Shown in pieces: positions 1-12,458 of a stretch of DNA of 64,000 bases. Below the pieces are notes generated by a model that worked only from the letters and a program-made list of their open reading frames with translations, was not told the DNA's origin and made no database searches. The position numbers were made by a program, and so were the translations under genes. The DNA is taken from the NCBI GenBank assembly GCA_036172245.1, contig JAYWIR010000066.1:248001-312000 (forward strand). The letters are read 5' to 3'. The DNA is from Raillietiella orientalis. Lineage: Eukaryota. Position 1 is the first letter of the stretch. The number at the start of each line of letters is the position of its first letter.

Positions 1-646
1 TCATTCCATTCAAATCAGCACGCACCATCTAAAACAGAATATCCACTTACACGTGCGGTCGTTCTGTTCGTCTCAGCACAAGCAGGAATGCTTACCAGTG
101 GGTTATGAGGCAGAGAAAAATAGGGAAATACGGCCTGGGAGTGGCATAAAACGCGGCTTCGCAAAAACCGTCACTTCCGCGGTGGACTTTTCGGTTCCAC
201 AGTGGACGGGGAACTGCGGTCGTCCATCCCAGCAGTGGATGGCATTCCGACTCTTGGATTCCGTGGGCAAATTTTTCAACGCAGCGTTTCGATCCCACAC
301 GTATCGAGGAAGGGCTTTTCAAAAATCTGGAGGGCCCGACCGTGGGGTCGACCACACGAATGCCATCGAGCCTCCGCCCGAACACCGCCACGGTGCCAAA
401 AAAAAAAAAAAAAAAAAAAAAGAAGCCTTTGAACGCAGAGATCCAAAGTGATCAGAGTCCATCCGTCTCCCGAGTTTGTCCTGCCGGATTTTTTTCCCAA
501 AACGATTATCCCGTCCCTATTTGGAGGTTTTCGCAACGACAAAAAAACACGGAGATACGAAAAGCGTCCTCCTCCCTTTTCCGTGGGATGATCCACCGTG
601 GCGACGCAAACAACAACAAGAAAAAGGGGGGGGGGGAGAGAAGAGG

Positions 647-678
<32 letters not shown>

Positions 679-1167
679 CTTCTGTGGTTTTCGATTTTCA
701 CGTTTTTTCGAACACACCGAGAAACACGAACCACTGTTCTTTTTTTCCCCTTCCTTCCTTTCCTTTTTTTTTTTTAAAAAAAAAAAAAGAAAGAAAGAAG
801 GAGAGGAACGTGGAATTTTCGCCTTTGGAATGACGGAGTGACTCGCGTTCCCGAAGCGAACGGAAGAAAACGCATCTTCGGGACAGCCGAATTCGTGGCC
901 GAACGGCTTTTCGAAAGGCGGACGGGGAGATCTGGGAGAGAGCGGGGGAGGGGGGGGGGGGCGGCGGGCGGAATGGGGCCCTCGCCTGCTGCTGGCCCCG
1001 CCCGCCTCCCCCCTGCTGTCCTCCGTGCGTGCCACAAGTAAATTGGGTTACTCAAGGCAACTCGAGTCCACGTGATGCCATCGTGATAAACAAGCAGCAA
1101 GAAGTGCAAAGCTCACATTTCTCGTCGCGGCGCAGTCGGTGTGGCACGCGGTGGTCTCGCGCGCGCA

Positions 1168-1971
1168 ATGGAGTTCTTCAACAGAATCACCAACATCCCG
1201 ATGGTGGAACTGGCGGTGGATTACTGCTGCGACGGATACAGCAGGACTAAGGTAGAACCGGGCACGGTCCGCGGGGGGGGGTGATCGGAACGGCGCACGC
1301 CGCAGAATTACAATTCCTTCACCGTGAGGGTGCTCACTTGGGCGGAAAACTCGGCTTCCAAGCTGATCACGACGGTCGCGCCGCTGAAGTGCAAATTGGA
1401 AAAGCCCATCAGCATCGTGGACAGGTGGAGCTGCAGCGGACTGGAATTCGTGGAAAGGAAACTGCCCATCATACAGACGAAGCCGGAAGAAGTTAACGAA
1501 CGTTCGCCATCTTTGATAATCCCTAACCGCAGGTTATCCCAGGTCGTCAACTACACGAAGGAGCTGTCAAGGTCGTTGCAAGAGACGTGGAAGACCTACT
1601 CCGATCGCGTTACTGCGGAAGAGATCAACGCAATGATGAGATCCGGTCTGCACACCCTCTCCGGTAAAGGCGATTTATTTATTGCTGGTTCGCGAGCTCT
1701 CGGCAGAAAGTGAATGCAGGGAGGTTTTGAATAGAACAGCGGAAACCGTAATCAGTCTGATGACCAAAGCCACTCGGGATTGCAGAGGGCTTGCTGCGCA
1801 AACAGTGAACGTGGCATCAAAACAGGTGCGGATTTTTGTCAAAAGTTTTGACTGCTTCAGGTACCGATATCTGTCTGGCAGGTGCAAGTTTGCATGTACT
1901 CCGCACTAACTATCAGCTCTGTCACCTTTCATAAGGCTGGAGACATGGCTCACACAGTGGTAGGCACATGA
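1168..1971 (+). CDS. Perilipin / lipid storage droplet surface-binding protein (PAT domain), multi-exon
   Basis: Exons 1168-1251, 1306-1491, 1543-1663, 1707-1825, 1861-... joined by GT-AG introns give MEFFNRITNIPMVELAVDYCCDGYSRTKNYNSFTVRVLTWAENSASKLITTVAPLKCKLEKPISIVDRWSCSGLEFVERKLPIIQTKPEE, matching the perilipin PAT pattern (R..nlP.V...Y...K...AE...le..I..vd...c.gLd.vE.klP.i...pe). The 3' end is uncertain: stop at 1971, at 1934 with a further 35-nt intron, or at 1909 if intron 4 is retained. Confidence 0.85.
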
Positions 1972-1997
1972 AATCAAAATGATGGCAGTTCACGTGC

Positions 1998-2003
1998 TTT
2001 ATT
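1998..2003 (-). promoter_or_regulatory. Candidate polyadenylation signal of EAPP
   Basis: TTTATT on + (AATAAA on -), about 220 nt downstream of the EAPP stop codon. Confidence 0.55.
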
Positions 2004-2188
2004 TGACAGGGTTTCCACATAGCACCTGATGCCGTTCAGGATTTGACCCAAAACTTACTGGCCGTTCTGTACAGTCAGCTAGATGCCATACAAGCATATT
2101 CTCCAAAGGTTCAATCTGTGTACTTGCCCTTAGTCGTACCAGTGCTGCAGTGGTTATTGTACTGGCGCCCTTCATACTTTTTTGTTTA

Positions 2189-2194
2189 AATAAA
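2189..2194 (+). promoter_or_regulatory. Candidate polyadenylation signal of the perilipin gene
   Basis: First AATAAA on + after the perilipin stop codon(s). Confidence 0.55.
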
Positions 2195-2222
2195 CTTTTG
2201 CTTGGATAAACACATATATTTC

Positions 2223-5200
2223 TCAGTAACTGGCCAAAACATGAAAAAAGTGGTAAACCTCTTCAGTGTCATATACAGCTACTTGGTTTCCACACACTTC
2301 ACATAGCACAGGAAAAAAATGTTCATCCTTTTCTTCCTCCACTGATTGCTTACGCTTTTGCCTTTTTAATGGGTATGTTAGTTTTTTGGTGAAATCCACA
2401 ATGCAGTTGTACACAAACATTGCTCGATATTGCGACTGGTACATTTCATGCCTATATGCATCAGTTAACGATTACTTCCTTACATAAACATTTACCTTTG
2501 GCAATCCCTGCAAAGAGTGGTCATGCAACATGGACAGTTCAGTACAGCATCTGAGCGAGGCAAAGACTTCTTTTCCTTTGGGTTCCTAGAATCATCGATT
2601 CATTTAATAATCATTAGTAGGTTATTTCAGAAAACTCGAGCCCTGATTTTTCAGATACTCTTAAGGTTTGCACCAGAAAAACTACACCATAGAGTGCTTA
2701 AAGGAAAACGCCTTTTTTTTTTTTTTTTTTTTTTTTATTTTTTTTTAGATGCTTTGCTTTTGTGATTTAGAAATAAAAGTGTTTAGAAAAAGCAAGGAAT
2801 GGTACATTGACAGAAAATGAGTACTTACAAAGTTGGAAAATTTTTACAGCGAGTAAGATCTACCCAATCTTGATCATCGTCATCTAAGTTAGGATCATAA
2901 AACAAATCATCACTTACATCAGTGGTTCCCTGCAAGACAAGTACTACATATATTGATTTACTTGCATCTGCTAATTACTTTGGACTTAGTTTCTGTAAAA
3001 TCACTGCCTGCAGCAACATTGGATTGCACGTTGCTTGCACCAGTTGTACTGTTGTCACTTCCTGCACTAAAGGGGCTCTCTGGTTACTAAAATGGCCCTT
3101 CACTGAAAAAGCAACTTTTTTTTACCTAGATTATTGAATGGATTTTCAGACAGGAAATCAATCTTCTGCACCAGCTCATCTTCCATATATTTCTCAAAAT
3201 CATCTTCTAAAAACACCAAGCTGAAGCTATTTTAAGAGTTTATCTTACCAACAGACAAACTGTGCTGAATCACTGACACTTTGGTTTTTTCTTCATCTCC
3301 AGAACTAAAACACATGTCGCATACAATGACACAAAATCCAAAAATTGCATCTCTGCCAATAGATAACAATTTTAAACTACACTGTATAAACCCGTACAGA
3401 TCTGTTCCTACAATCTTATTTGATGAAGATGAAATGCAAAGCATAGTATTTTTACTGCAAGTTTTTAATGCTTAAAAACAAGGACCACACTAGGCATTGC
3501 ATAGCCAAGCATCATAACAAATGAAAACAAAGCTGAAATGCACCATTGCATAAACCCTTGTTGCAAAGAGCTGTAAAGGCTGATGACATGAAAGAATCAC
3601 TGGAAAATTATTTGTCATGGTCTTCCAAACACCATTGAAAATATAATGAAAAATTATGCATTGCATTTGCATGCTTAATTTTTCTTACATGTAATTATTA
3701 TGCAGAATTTCATTTATATCAGAAAAATATAATATAAAAACATACACTCCTCACTGCATGCTTTTTTGGTGAAAAAGAAAAAGAAAGAAAAAACCTTGAA
3801 TAATGATCAAGTAATAACATATTTTATTCACTGTAACTACAAAGCATTTACAAAAATTAAAAATGAACGTGCATTCACATGACTGGATACAAATAAATTT
3901 TACAGAAATAAAATAGTTGTCCATTACCACAAACGCATGTTCAAGACTGATTTGCATATTTTTTCTCATGTTTCCCACATCCAATAAAAACCACACTTGA
4001 TTATCAGACATCACAATGTTTCGTAAAATTCTCTCAAAACACGTAATGAATAACTTAAACAAATGTAATAATTTTAAATGTTATAAAGTACAATAAAAAT
4101 TACCTTCATTACCTATTTAACTGAATGCAACAAATTAAAATATTTCTTTTTTTGCAAACAAATGTAAACTTTATTCAGAATCGTAACATTCTATTTAAGG
4201 TTGCAAACAATAGGCACTCAAGAAAAGAAATACAGTACTTTGCTGTGTCTTAAATTCGAAATTGCACTGATACTGATAGTTATCAACAAGATTGCCCAAA
4301 AGTATATTATCTTTTATTTGTATGATGCATATCTCAGATTGATACACACTTGAACAATTCTTTGTTTTCTTTAAACAATAAAAAAATTTGTCAGTTATCA
4401 GTTGCCTCCAAAATTCAATTCTGTGATTTGCCAACTTGCACTGTCTTTCTGTTACCACTTTTTGCATGAACTGCGAAATGAGACTGCTTCTTGCAAAAAT
4501 TGTTATTAATGAAGTATTCCATATTATGTGCGAATTCCCAATTTTTAGATATAAACATTGCTTTGTATGCTCACTGTTTTTGCTTTTTTAACTGAAATTC
4601 TCAATGTTCTAATAGTTTTCAAATCATTAATTTGTGTTTATCACATCAACTAATCCTTTGATTCAGTCCCTTTTATTCATTTTCATAAAACATTACTTTT
4701 CTACTATGAATACACTTTATACCTGACACATAATTTGCTATGCATAACTTCGTATTTGCACTTGTTGAAACAATTCTGGATTTTTCAGATGAAACTCCAA
4801 GGTGGGTTATTACCAATTTGAAATCCCAAGAACTTTGGGATACTTCCTTTCACTTTGAAAACTTCCTTTCCCTATTGCAGTATTTTTAGTTTGTGGCCAA
4901 ATTTAGGGAACTCTTTAATGTGATTATATGCAAGTAAGCTTGCTCTAAATTGTGTTCTATCCCCCATTCTGATCTCGGATTTTATCGCTCACAATTATAA
5001 CATCCTTCACAAAGTCAAAATACCATTAAAAAAAGCAACTCCCAGCAAACAATTTCTAATTTGAATCCAAATCACTTTATTGATAATATAATTTCACTAC
5101 TAAAAATAATGCACACAGTAAGATTTGCTAGAGACCAATTTAGCAGGTCTAGAAAAAATAAGTTACATCACAAACAAAACTGTTGACAAGAACTAGGTTT

Positions 5201-6468
5201 TCCAATCAGGAAATATTAAATATTATGAATCATAAATATTATAAAATATTATATAGCAGTATTCTCATAGCTAATAGATACTCTCACTCTACAATGAAGA
5301 CAACATAGCAAACATCTAGAACATAGCAAAAATAAACCAACACTATAAATTTGGATATTGCTTTTTGATAAGCCTTTTTGGATTTCTACATGCAATAGAA
5401 AAATAAGATGCAAGAAGCCAATTGGAAGAAATAGCTGTCACTGATGAGAACATGTGGTGATAAAAATGATGCTGCCTGCTGCTGTTAGCAGGCACCCAAA
5501 TATGTCACATCAGCCAGAAGACACTGGATTGTACTTGCTAAAAATAAATGGAAAATCAAAAAACAAAAATCTTGAAAGCAAAATTTACAATGGAGCAAGA
5601 GCAATGCATGATTTATCTATTCCTGATATAATAAGGTTATCTAAAAAATAGGCTCACATACAATAAGCAGCTTTTCACTTGAACACTGCAGTATTCTCTT
5701 ATGAATTTTCACAATCTCTAAAATCAGTATCTGTATCAAATAAGCTTTTGATTTACTTCAGGAGATTCTATTATACAGGTAATTATTTTTGTTTTAAAAA
5801 GCATGTTTTTGTACTTATTATTTCAAACAATAAAAATGATCATCGAAAGGGATAAATTTAAAATGCACTAGGTGGCACTGTAATGGGCAATTGAGCGACT
5901 AGCAGTGAAAAACAACAGAACAATAGTTTTGCAAAGAGAATTCAAATCTTTTAACGTGCTGAACCTAAGATGTTAAAACCAAATTATAAATTAAAAATAG
6001 CACACATTTCTCCAAACTGTCCTTAAAAATGCCAATTTTCTACACAACTACTTTGTTCCAATTGAAGAATATGGGAGAAAAATGCCTAGATTGTTCGTTT
6101 TTACTTATTTATGGAATCATTTGACATGTAGCTACTGTAAATTTCAATTAACCAGTATTTTTTTTTGTAACAAAGTTACAAACCGCGCTTCGAGGCAGAA
6201 AATCTTCAATGGAAACAAAAGGATCTTGCATATGCTCCATACAAATGACCTGTGTGAAAACCCAATCGTACAAGAGTACTTCCACAAAATACTTTGGTCT
6301 CCACCTATTTCAGCAAATAAACGTGTAAGCAAGTAAGCACTGCGAAAGGCACTGATTCGCATAGAAGCAATGTCCACTCACTTTTCGTTCACATGAGACT
6401 GAAAACAGGTAAACTCACCTATCTGTATCTTCATCATCCACAAAGTCGTCGTCTTGATCTGCAAACAT
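2223..6468 (-). CDS. EAPP: E2F-associated phosphoprotein
   Basis: Minus-strand exons 6468-6419, 3304-3249, 3206-3126, 3061-2979, 2929-2829, 2585-2496, 2451-2223 splice in frame with GT-AG. Hallmark motifs: [94 protein letters not shown]. Exon 1 (MFADQDDDFVDDEDTD) and the exon 4 borders are less certain. Confidence 0.92.
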
Positions 6469-7889
6469 TCTTCAGCCTGCTCACATCCATCCGCAACAGG
6501 GTTGCCGACATCAGAAACGCCGTGTCCCGTCTCCCGTGACCAATTCCTTGCACTTTTCCAAGGGAATATTTGAATCCCGAAGGGAATATTTGCTCCTGAA
6601 CTATCACAGAAGTTGGGCATTGCAGCATTTCTTGGATAGGATTTTGTGCCTCTGCCACTCTTAAAGGACGTCGGAATTCTAAAGCAATTTTCGCAAACAC
6701 ATGAAGGTCAAGAGCGGATTCTTTGTATACACCAAAGGCCAAAAACGTTATCAAAAGAACATCTTTGTGCTGGGAAGATCATCCCAGAAAAATTATTATG
6801 AAAAAAAAGGGTTTTCAATGTGATGAACGTGCACATATTAAGAGGACAAATGAAAGATCCGTGTTTGAAAGAAAAAGTCTATGTTACCTGAAGTCTCTAT
6901 GAGGATGGGTAAAACGAATAGATCATTGGATTAATTGAGGTCCGAAGAAGGTTTTCAATATCTCAACGTGAAATTGCAGGAATTCAGGCATGCGGCACTC
7001 AATTCTTTTTGAGCTATGAATGCAACTGTAAATTACGTAATGGTAATAATAATGAAAAGTAAACAAGTGGTATCAACTTCGGATCGCTTCGGTGATTGCC
7101 CCGGAAAGTTAGTATATGATATATGGTAATAGGAGATCAACTGCTATGGTAATAAGATACATGGTGGTACTTATGAAAGCAATTATGATAGTTACAAAAA
7201 TTGAAAAAACGATGAAATCAAAGAAACAAAAAGGAGATTTAATTCTAGAGATGGTATCCATCATCAGCATAACTCGCCCCAAATCGAAGAAACAAGGGAA
7301 TGCTTAGCAGCACATAGAACGTGGGATGCACTTGACGACTCTCAAGAAGGAGGAACTATTTAGGCGATTGAGAATAACACAGTGCAGATTTTTTCAAGAT
7401 GGGTCACAGATTCAAGGATCCAATGGGTGCAAAAACAAGGATCTGAGCAAAGAACGAGATCCACTCGTCAAAATAATGGAAACAGAAGTCGAACTTCCAG
7501 AAAGACTTACAAACAGCGGGGGTGAGGGTAAGGACAGGGGTAGGCGGACTTCCCTAAAGCATGAAAGTCCCCGGAGAGAAGCTGCATCTACGACTCCAGG
7601 ATCAGTGACTCACGAGCAGCGTGAATGGACTGACGTGGAGTTCTCATCTGGCAAAAAACTTGGAAAGGCAGCAAAGGGCCGCGTAGGGAAAACTCAGTGG
7701 CGGATCCTCCAAACAGCAACAGAACAAATCGAGATCTCATGAGAAGTTGCGGAAATGTAACTAGAAAAATTCCTTGGTCTGATCCCGCCATTCTTAGAAA
7801 CCCTGGATTCAGGACGTTTCCCCCGAAGCGTCGGGAAGCGATCAATGGGTAGGAAAAGATTTATAAAAAAAAAAAAAAAATGGTGAGTA

Positions 7890-8580
7890 CGCGCGTCGCG
7901 CTACCCGGGCCTCGCGTTTAATATGGACAAGGAGCGCATCTGTGCCTGAGGCCATTGGCGAACGATCCGGCCTAGTGGGATAGAGAAGGAGACGAAGGTC
8001 AGGTCACTTCTAAAAAAACCTTGGAGGTTGTTGTAAATGATCAAAGTACTACCTAATTTCCCTCGGTCCAGAATGGAGGAGGAAGCGAAATCACAGTTCG
8101 TGTGGAGATGTTCCGGGAAAGGATGCTCGTAGGCATGAGAAGGAAGGAGCGCTCCCGCAGGCTCCGCGGACATGAAACGAGGCTTCGCCACGCCTTTCAG
8201 GATCGTGGGGGTGCGAGGGGATTGAGTTTCGCTGATGGTCACCTTTCGGAGACGAGAGATCGGCGCACTCGCTCGTCTCTGCTCCAGATAGGTGGCGCCT
8301 CGAAGGAGCGTCTAATCAGGCGGACGGCGGGGCAAGGCTCTGGAAGTTCAGAGACTGGGGAGAAGAGTGAAGGGATTGGGTGGTGATTCTGGTCCTTCGG
8401 AGGGAGGCGGCGAGAGCGGCAGGCCGCCGAGGGCGAACGGATCTTCATCCTGCGGTGGGCGCCCGAGGGGGAACTCCGTGATAGATCTGTTCATGCTACA
8501 AGGAGCCCAGAAGCGAGGGGACCACAACCCGACGCCAAACCGTGCCTCACGCCGCTCCGCTGCGAGAATGCGACACCCGT
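7890..8580 (+). mobile_element. Possible decayed non-LTR retrotransposon ORF1 fragment
   Basis: Frameshifted peptides (EITVRVEMF..., SSLLQIGGASKERLIRRTAGQ) loosely resemble the L1/Tx1 ORF1 RRM region seen at 17400-18100. Weak similarity. Confidence 0.3.
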
Positions 8581-9299
8581 GAAGTGGGATGGAGGGCTAC
8601 TCCGGATGCCCGTGGCGTAGCAACGGCTTCATCCTGCTGGAGGAGCATGAGCGCGCGAGATAAATGTACGCATGGCAGACCTCCGGTGTGACACGGATTT
8701 GCATAGCGCGACGGCGAAAACATGGCTGCAGCCCTTGTATAATGCGGAGAGTCATTCCTGCGCGGCGCTGCGGATAAATTTCAATTTTTGTGGTGCTGCG
8801 TTCCTGTCAGCTGATTTCCAAAAGGAACGTGAACGCAATACTGAATGCTGGATGTTCGAGCACATCATTTGCTTCGAATTCTCCTCCTCCACCCTTTCGG
8901 CATTTTTCGGGCATGAGTTGGTACGCGGAAACACTTGCGCACGTAAAAGACCAGTCGAGTTGCAGCTTGTTGACCTGGAAGACCAGCTGAACTTCAGCTT
9001 GCTGATCGCTTAGTTGGTGACCTTGCTTCAGCTGCTGAGGGGAAAGTGCAGAAGAGCTCAATTTTTCGGATCCCAAGAAAGATCCCAAGATCCCAGAAAT
9101 CCTCATGAGGTTGCTTTCATGGTTCCGAGTACTCCTTTGAAGTCCTAGAAACGTCCCTGGAGTGGGACGCAGAGAGCAGACCCTCTCCTGTCTTGTGTCG
9201 GCTTCTGGTGAGCGAACGCTCAATGGTAAGCGGCGTTCAGTATGGATGCCCCGGAGTACTAGCTCCAGGGAAATGGGAAGGTCTGATCCTACCTTTGAG

Positions 9300-10400
9300 T
9301 TTCTTTCCAGAGTTTCAACCAAACCCCAGAGTTTCAGTGCAGCATCTTGATTTGGTCGACCGGGTTCGTGGCGCCTCTCCTTGATCGCGCTCTGGTAAGC
9401 AATGCCCGCGAAGTCGAATCGCGTTGCATGCATAAATCTGAGGTCCGCGAATAGAGGGCGTTGGCTGTTGGCTGTTGGGAATGCATGGATCATGATGGAA
9501 TTGCATCATTGCGAATGCAGGGCTCGGTCTTCCCTTCTCGGTTCGGGTGCCTCGTGGCAACACATGTCCCATCGTGCCTCGAGTCGGATCGTGCGTAGGA
9601 ATGATACAATTTTCTTTCTAAGCGAGCGCCGGCTGTGGTGTCCCCAGATAGGAACTTGGGTGCAGGACATTCCGTTCTACCTCGACCCTTCCTCCCCATT
9701 GTCCTGGTCCCAGATCCGAGTGAAAGACTGGGTGGTGCCACACCAGAATGGCGCGGCTGTCACATCCTGGTGCGGCGTCACCAAGGTCGGACTGCAGGTG
9801 CAGTTCCGACTTTTGACCCTTTGTAGAAAATTGTGGACGTGTCACTGGTGTACTCCGGCACGCCACATCCTTCGGCGATGCACAGGAATTCGCACGCTGC
9901 TGCAGCGCGGCTGGCATAGGAGGACTGGATTCAGTTCCCTCCTGAGGCAGCTGTCCTCAATCCTGAAAGCCCGTTCTTTGATCTCCTGTCGCCCCCGAAA
10001 CTGGAACGCCTGGAGGCAGGAGACGCCGCTGGAGTCCCGGGTTGCCACTCTGGAAGTTCACCCAGAGGAACTGCGTCCTCTGCAGCAACTCCCATGAGAA
10101 CTGCTGGGAGATCTCCTGTAGGATTGGACGCAGTGGTCCCGGGTGGCCGTCACGCCCCTTGCCGCAGCAGCATCTGCCCTCAGGGCGAACGATGACAGCA
10201 GTCAACCGACGGTGTGGGAGTTGCCCTGCACCATCGCAGGAGTCGAGGAACTTATGCACGGCTGCAAGACGAGCACATTGGTGGACGGCCCCATTCCTTG
10301 TCCCGGACGAAGAAGGGGCTCCTTCGCTGGAAAGACCTGCTCGGTGTGCCCCTCTCGAAGAACTCTCAACCCCTTCCCTGAATGTGCGCACACTTCCGTG
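9300..10400 (+). repeat. Unclassified repeat family X, divergent copy
   Basis: Shares peptide/DNA stretches with other X copies: GNAWIM at ~9480 vs QNAWIL at ~21710; VWELPCTIAGVEELMHG at ~10215 vs CHLPWSLDEVLEG at ~22430. Confidence 0.45.
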
Positions 10401-10433
10401 TTCCCCTCCGTCGGAAATGTTCAGGATGTACTG

Positions 10434-10483
10434 TATATATATATATATACATATATGTACATATATATATATATGTATGTATA
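10434..10483. repeat. (TA)n microsatellite, imperfect
   Basis: tatatatatatatatacatatatgtacatatatatatatatgtatgtata read directly. Confidence 0.9.
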
Positions 10484-11535
10484 GTAAGTGACCATTAATG
10501 AATTAATCATTGAATTATATTTTATTCCTGATATAAAATATAATATTCATAATAAGATCTTGAGAGTTTTAGAATAATATGCTTTAGAAAATACAAAACC
10601 CGAAATGATTCGAGTGCTAACGCACAATTACCAATCTATATTATGGTGAGCGCTAAGGTATGAATAATATGTGCCAATTAACTAAAGGGTTGAATAACTT
10701 CTTACATGTGTTCTGGCACGAATCGTGACGTAATATTTTGGGGATTTTCCGTAAAATTCAAAAATTGGTTCGGTAAGAAACATTTCGTTTGCAGTAAAAA
10801 GGAGAAGTTCTTGAAAATCACAAATCGATTTCCGAAACTAATCACTAAGATCGACACTCAAATTACTGATATGACAGAAATTTGCGTATCAAATTTGAGA
10901 TTTAATTGTGCTGCTAGTAATAATTTTCACACGTGATCTGCCGTTGGTTTACGCAACGGAATCTGAGTGCGTTTCGAAAAGCGTGGGCGCCAAAGGCATT
11001 CGATTTCGGCCACGAAGGGCATCGGAATTGGCAGTCGCTGATGCAGCAGCGGTGGTCGGACGTGATCGCAGCATCCCAACGTCCAGACGGGACGCACCGA
11101 CGTTCCTCAGAGTGGGAGGGGAAGCGGCCCGGTTCCGGCATTCTTCCCGCTTCCCTTTCGCGCACCCTCCCGGAAGCTGCCGGGTGCGCCAGGGAAGAGA
11201 AAACGGGACGCGGCGAGTCGCAAGCGGCCGACCGGAAGGCGCTCGCGGCACGAAGGGGGCCGTCCAGGGCATTCGGGAAGGCACTGCTTTCTGCTGCTTC
11301 ACCGGTGACTCTCCTCCCCACTTCACCTAGGCACTTTCTGCCATCCTCCCTCATTCCCTGCATTTATCCTTGAAGAGGACTGTTCCGTGGGATGCAGGTG
11401 CGGGAGCTTGCGGCAGGGGATTCGAATCTTCACCATCCTTTTGAAACGAAGGAAAATTTATTGACGGACTCTGCGGCGTTCCGGGGAAACACGGCGACCT
11501 CTCGCTCAGAACCCGTGCCTTCTGAGGAACGGAGG

Positions 11536-12216
11536 TCACTCCAGCTCCTTGAGGCTTTTGATCATCAGCTGACCCGACAGGTGAACGTCGTCGCAACTGG
11601 TGAACGCCGGGGCTCCTTTGTACAGGTAAGTCGAGTAGGGAAGCTCCCTGACGGGGATGAGGCCAGCCCTGAGGAAGGACTTCTGGCTGAACGTGGAGGT
11701 TCCTTCCGTGATCAGGAAGTGGCAGCCTTCCTCCCTCGCTATCTCTTCCGATCTCGAGATGAGTATCTTCGACAGGCCGCACTGGCGGTGCTGCCTGCTA
11801 ACGGACAAGTGAGACATGTGAAGGATCCTCCTGGAACTGTGCATTTCCAGAAAGTTGTTGCTCAGATCGGCGAGGTAGCTCTGCAGGATGTCCATCTTCT
11901 GCTGCAGCGCCTTGTCGTTCGTGAGCTGCTTCGCCACGTTGAAGGCCTCCTTGAGCTTGTTGACCCCTAGCTGCACGATCTGGCTCAGCATGAAGCCGGC
12001 AATGGCCCCGGAGCTCTTGTGGATCGCCACGACCGAACTCCTCTCGGGAAGCAGCAAGTTGACGTAAACCTGCATGAAGGGAGCATGCTCCATCCCGCGG
12101 AGGAGGTTCTTGATGGGCTCGTCCTTCCCGTAGTTGGCCTTGTAGTTTTCGATGACCGCATCGACGTGCCTTTCGTCCAAGATCTCCAGCTTAATGTCAT
12201 TCGCAGCCGCCGCCAT
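11536..12216 (-). CDS. Arylalkylamine/dopamine N-acetyltransferase-like GNAT enzyme (226 aa, intronless CDS)
   Basis: Intact ORF from ATG 12216 (MAAAANDIKLEILDERHVDAVIENYKANYGKDEPI...). Invertebrate aaNAT motifs: DEP near the N-terminus, SVVAI..SGAIAGF, HLSVSRQHRQCGLSKILI (acetyl-CoA motif A), EGTSTFSQKSFLRAG, ELPYSTY. The ORF-track extension to 12540 is a translated purine minisatellite. Confidence 0.9.
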   Translation of the reverse strand: MAAAANDIKLEILDERHVDAVIENYKANYGKDEPIKNLLRGMEHAPFMQVYVNLLLPERSSVVAIHKSSGAIAGFMLSQIVQLGVNKLKEAFNVAKQLTNDKALQQKMDILQSYLADLSNNFLEMHSSRRILHMSHLSVSRQHRQCGLSKILISRSEEIAREEGCHFLITEGTSTFSQKSFLRAGLIPVRELPYSTYLYKGAPAFTSCDDVHLSGQLMIKSLKELE

Positions 12217-12360
12217 GATTCCTGAAACATAGCGGGAGTTGCTGAACGTCTTTTCTAACCGAAAGGACGGCAGGGGCGGGCGGGTGGGGTTCGCAGCCGC
12301 CTTTTCCCTAAGTGGCGTGTGGCGTTGCCGACGAGGGATGCAGAGAGAAGGGAAAACAAA

Positions 12361-12458
12361 GGAGAAGAAGGGAGAAGAAGAAGGGAGAAGAAGAAGGGAG
12401 AAGAAGAAGGGAGAAGAAGAAGGGAGAAGAAGAAGGGAGAAGAAGAAGGCAGAAGAAG
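12361..12458 (+). repeat. Purine minisatellite of GAAGAAG(AAG)GGA-type units
   Basis: About 7 tandem units of gagaagaagaagg / gagaagaagg, upstream of the aaNAT gene. Confidence 0.9.

Noticed and set aside
398..790. Poly-Lys/poly-Phe ORFs
   Set aside because: They arise from long A/T homopolymer runs common throughout the window; such runs also make some apparent frameshifts elsewhere unreliable.
8690..8760. SWIM zinc finger of a MULE transposase (GCSHVFAVALC on -)
   Set aside because: Only the CxH half is present; there is no upstream CxC or transposase context.
9655..9720. Retroviral-type aspartic protease in repeat X (VQDIPFYLDPSSPLSW)
   Set aside because: No D[TS]G triad, and the motif is not retained in the other copies.
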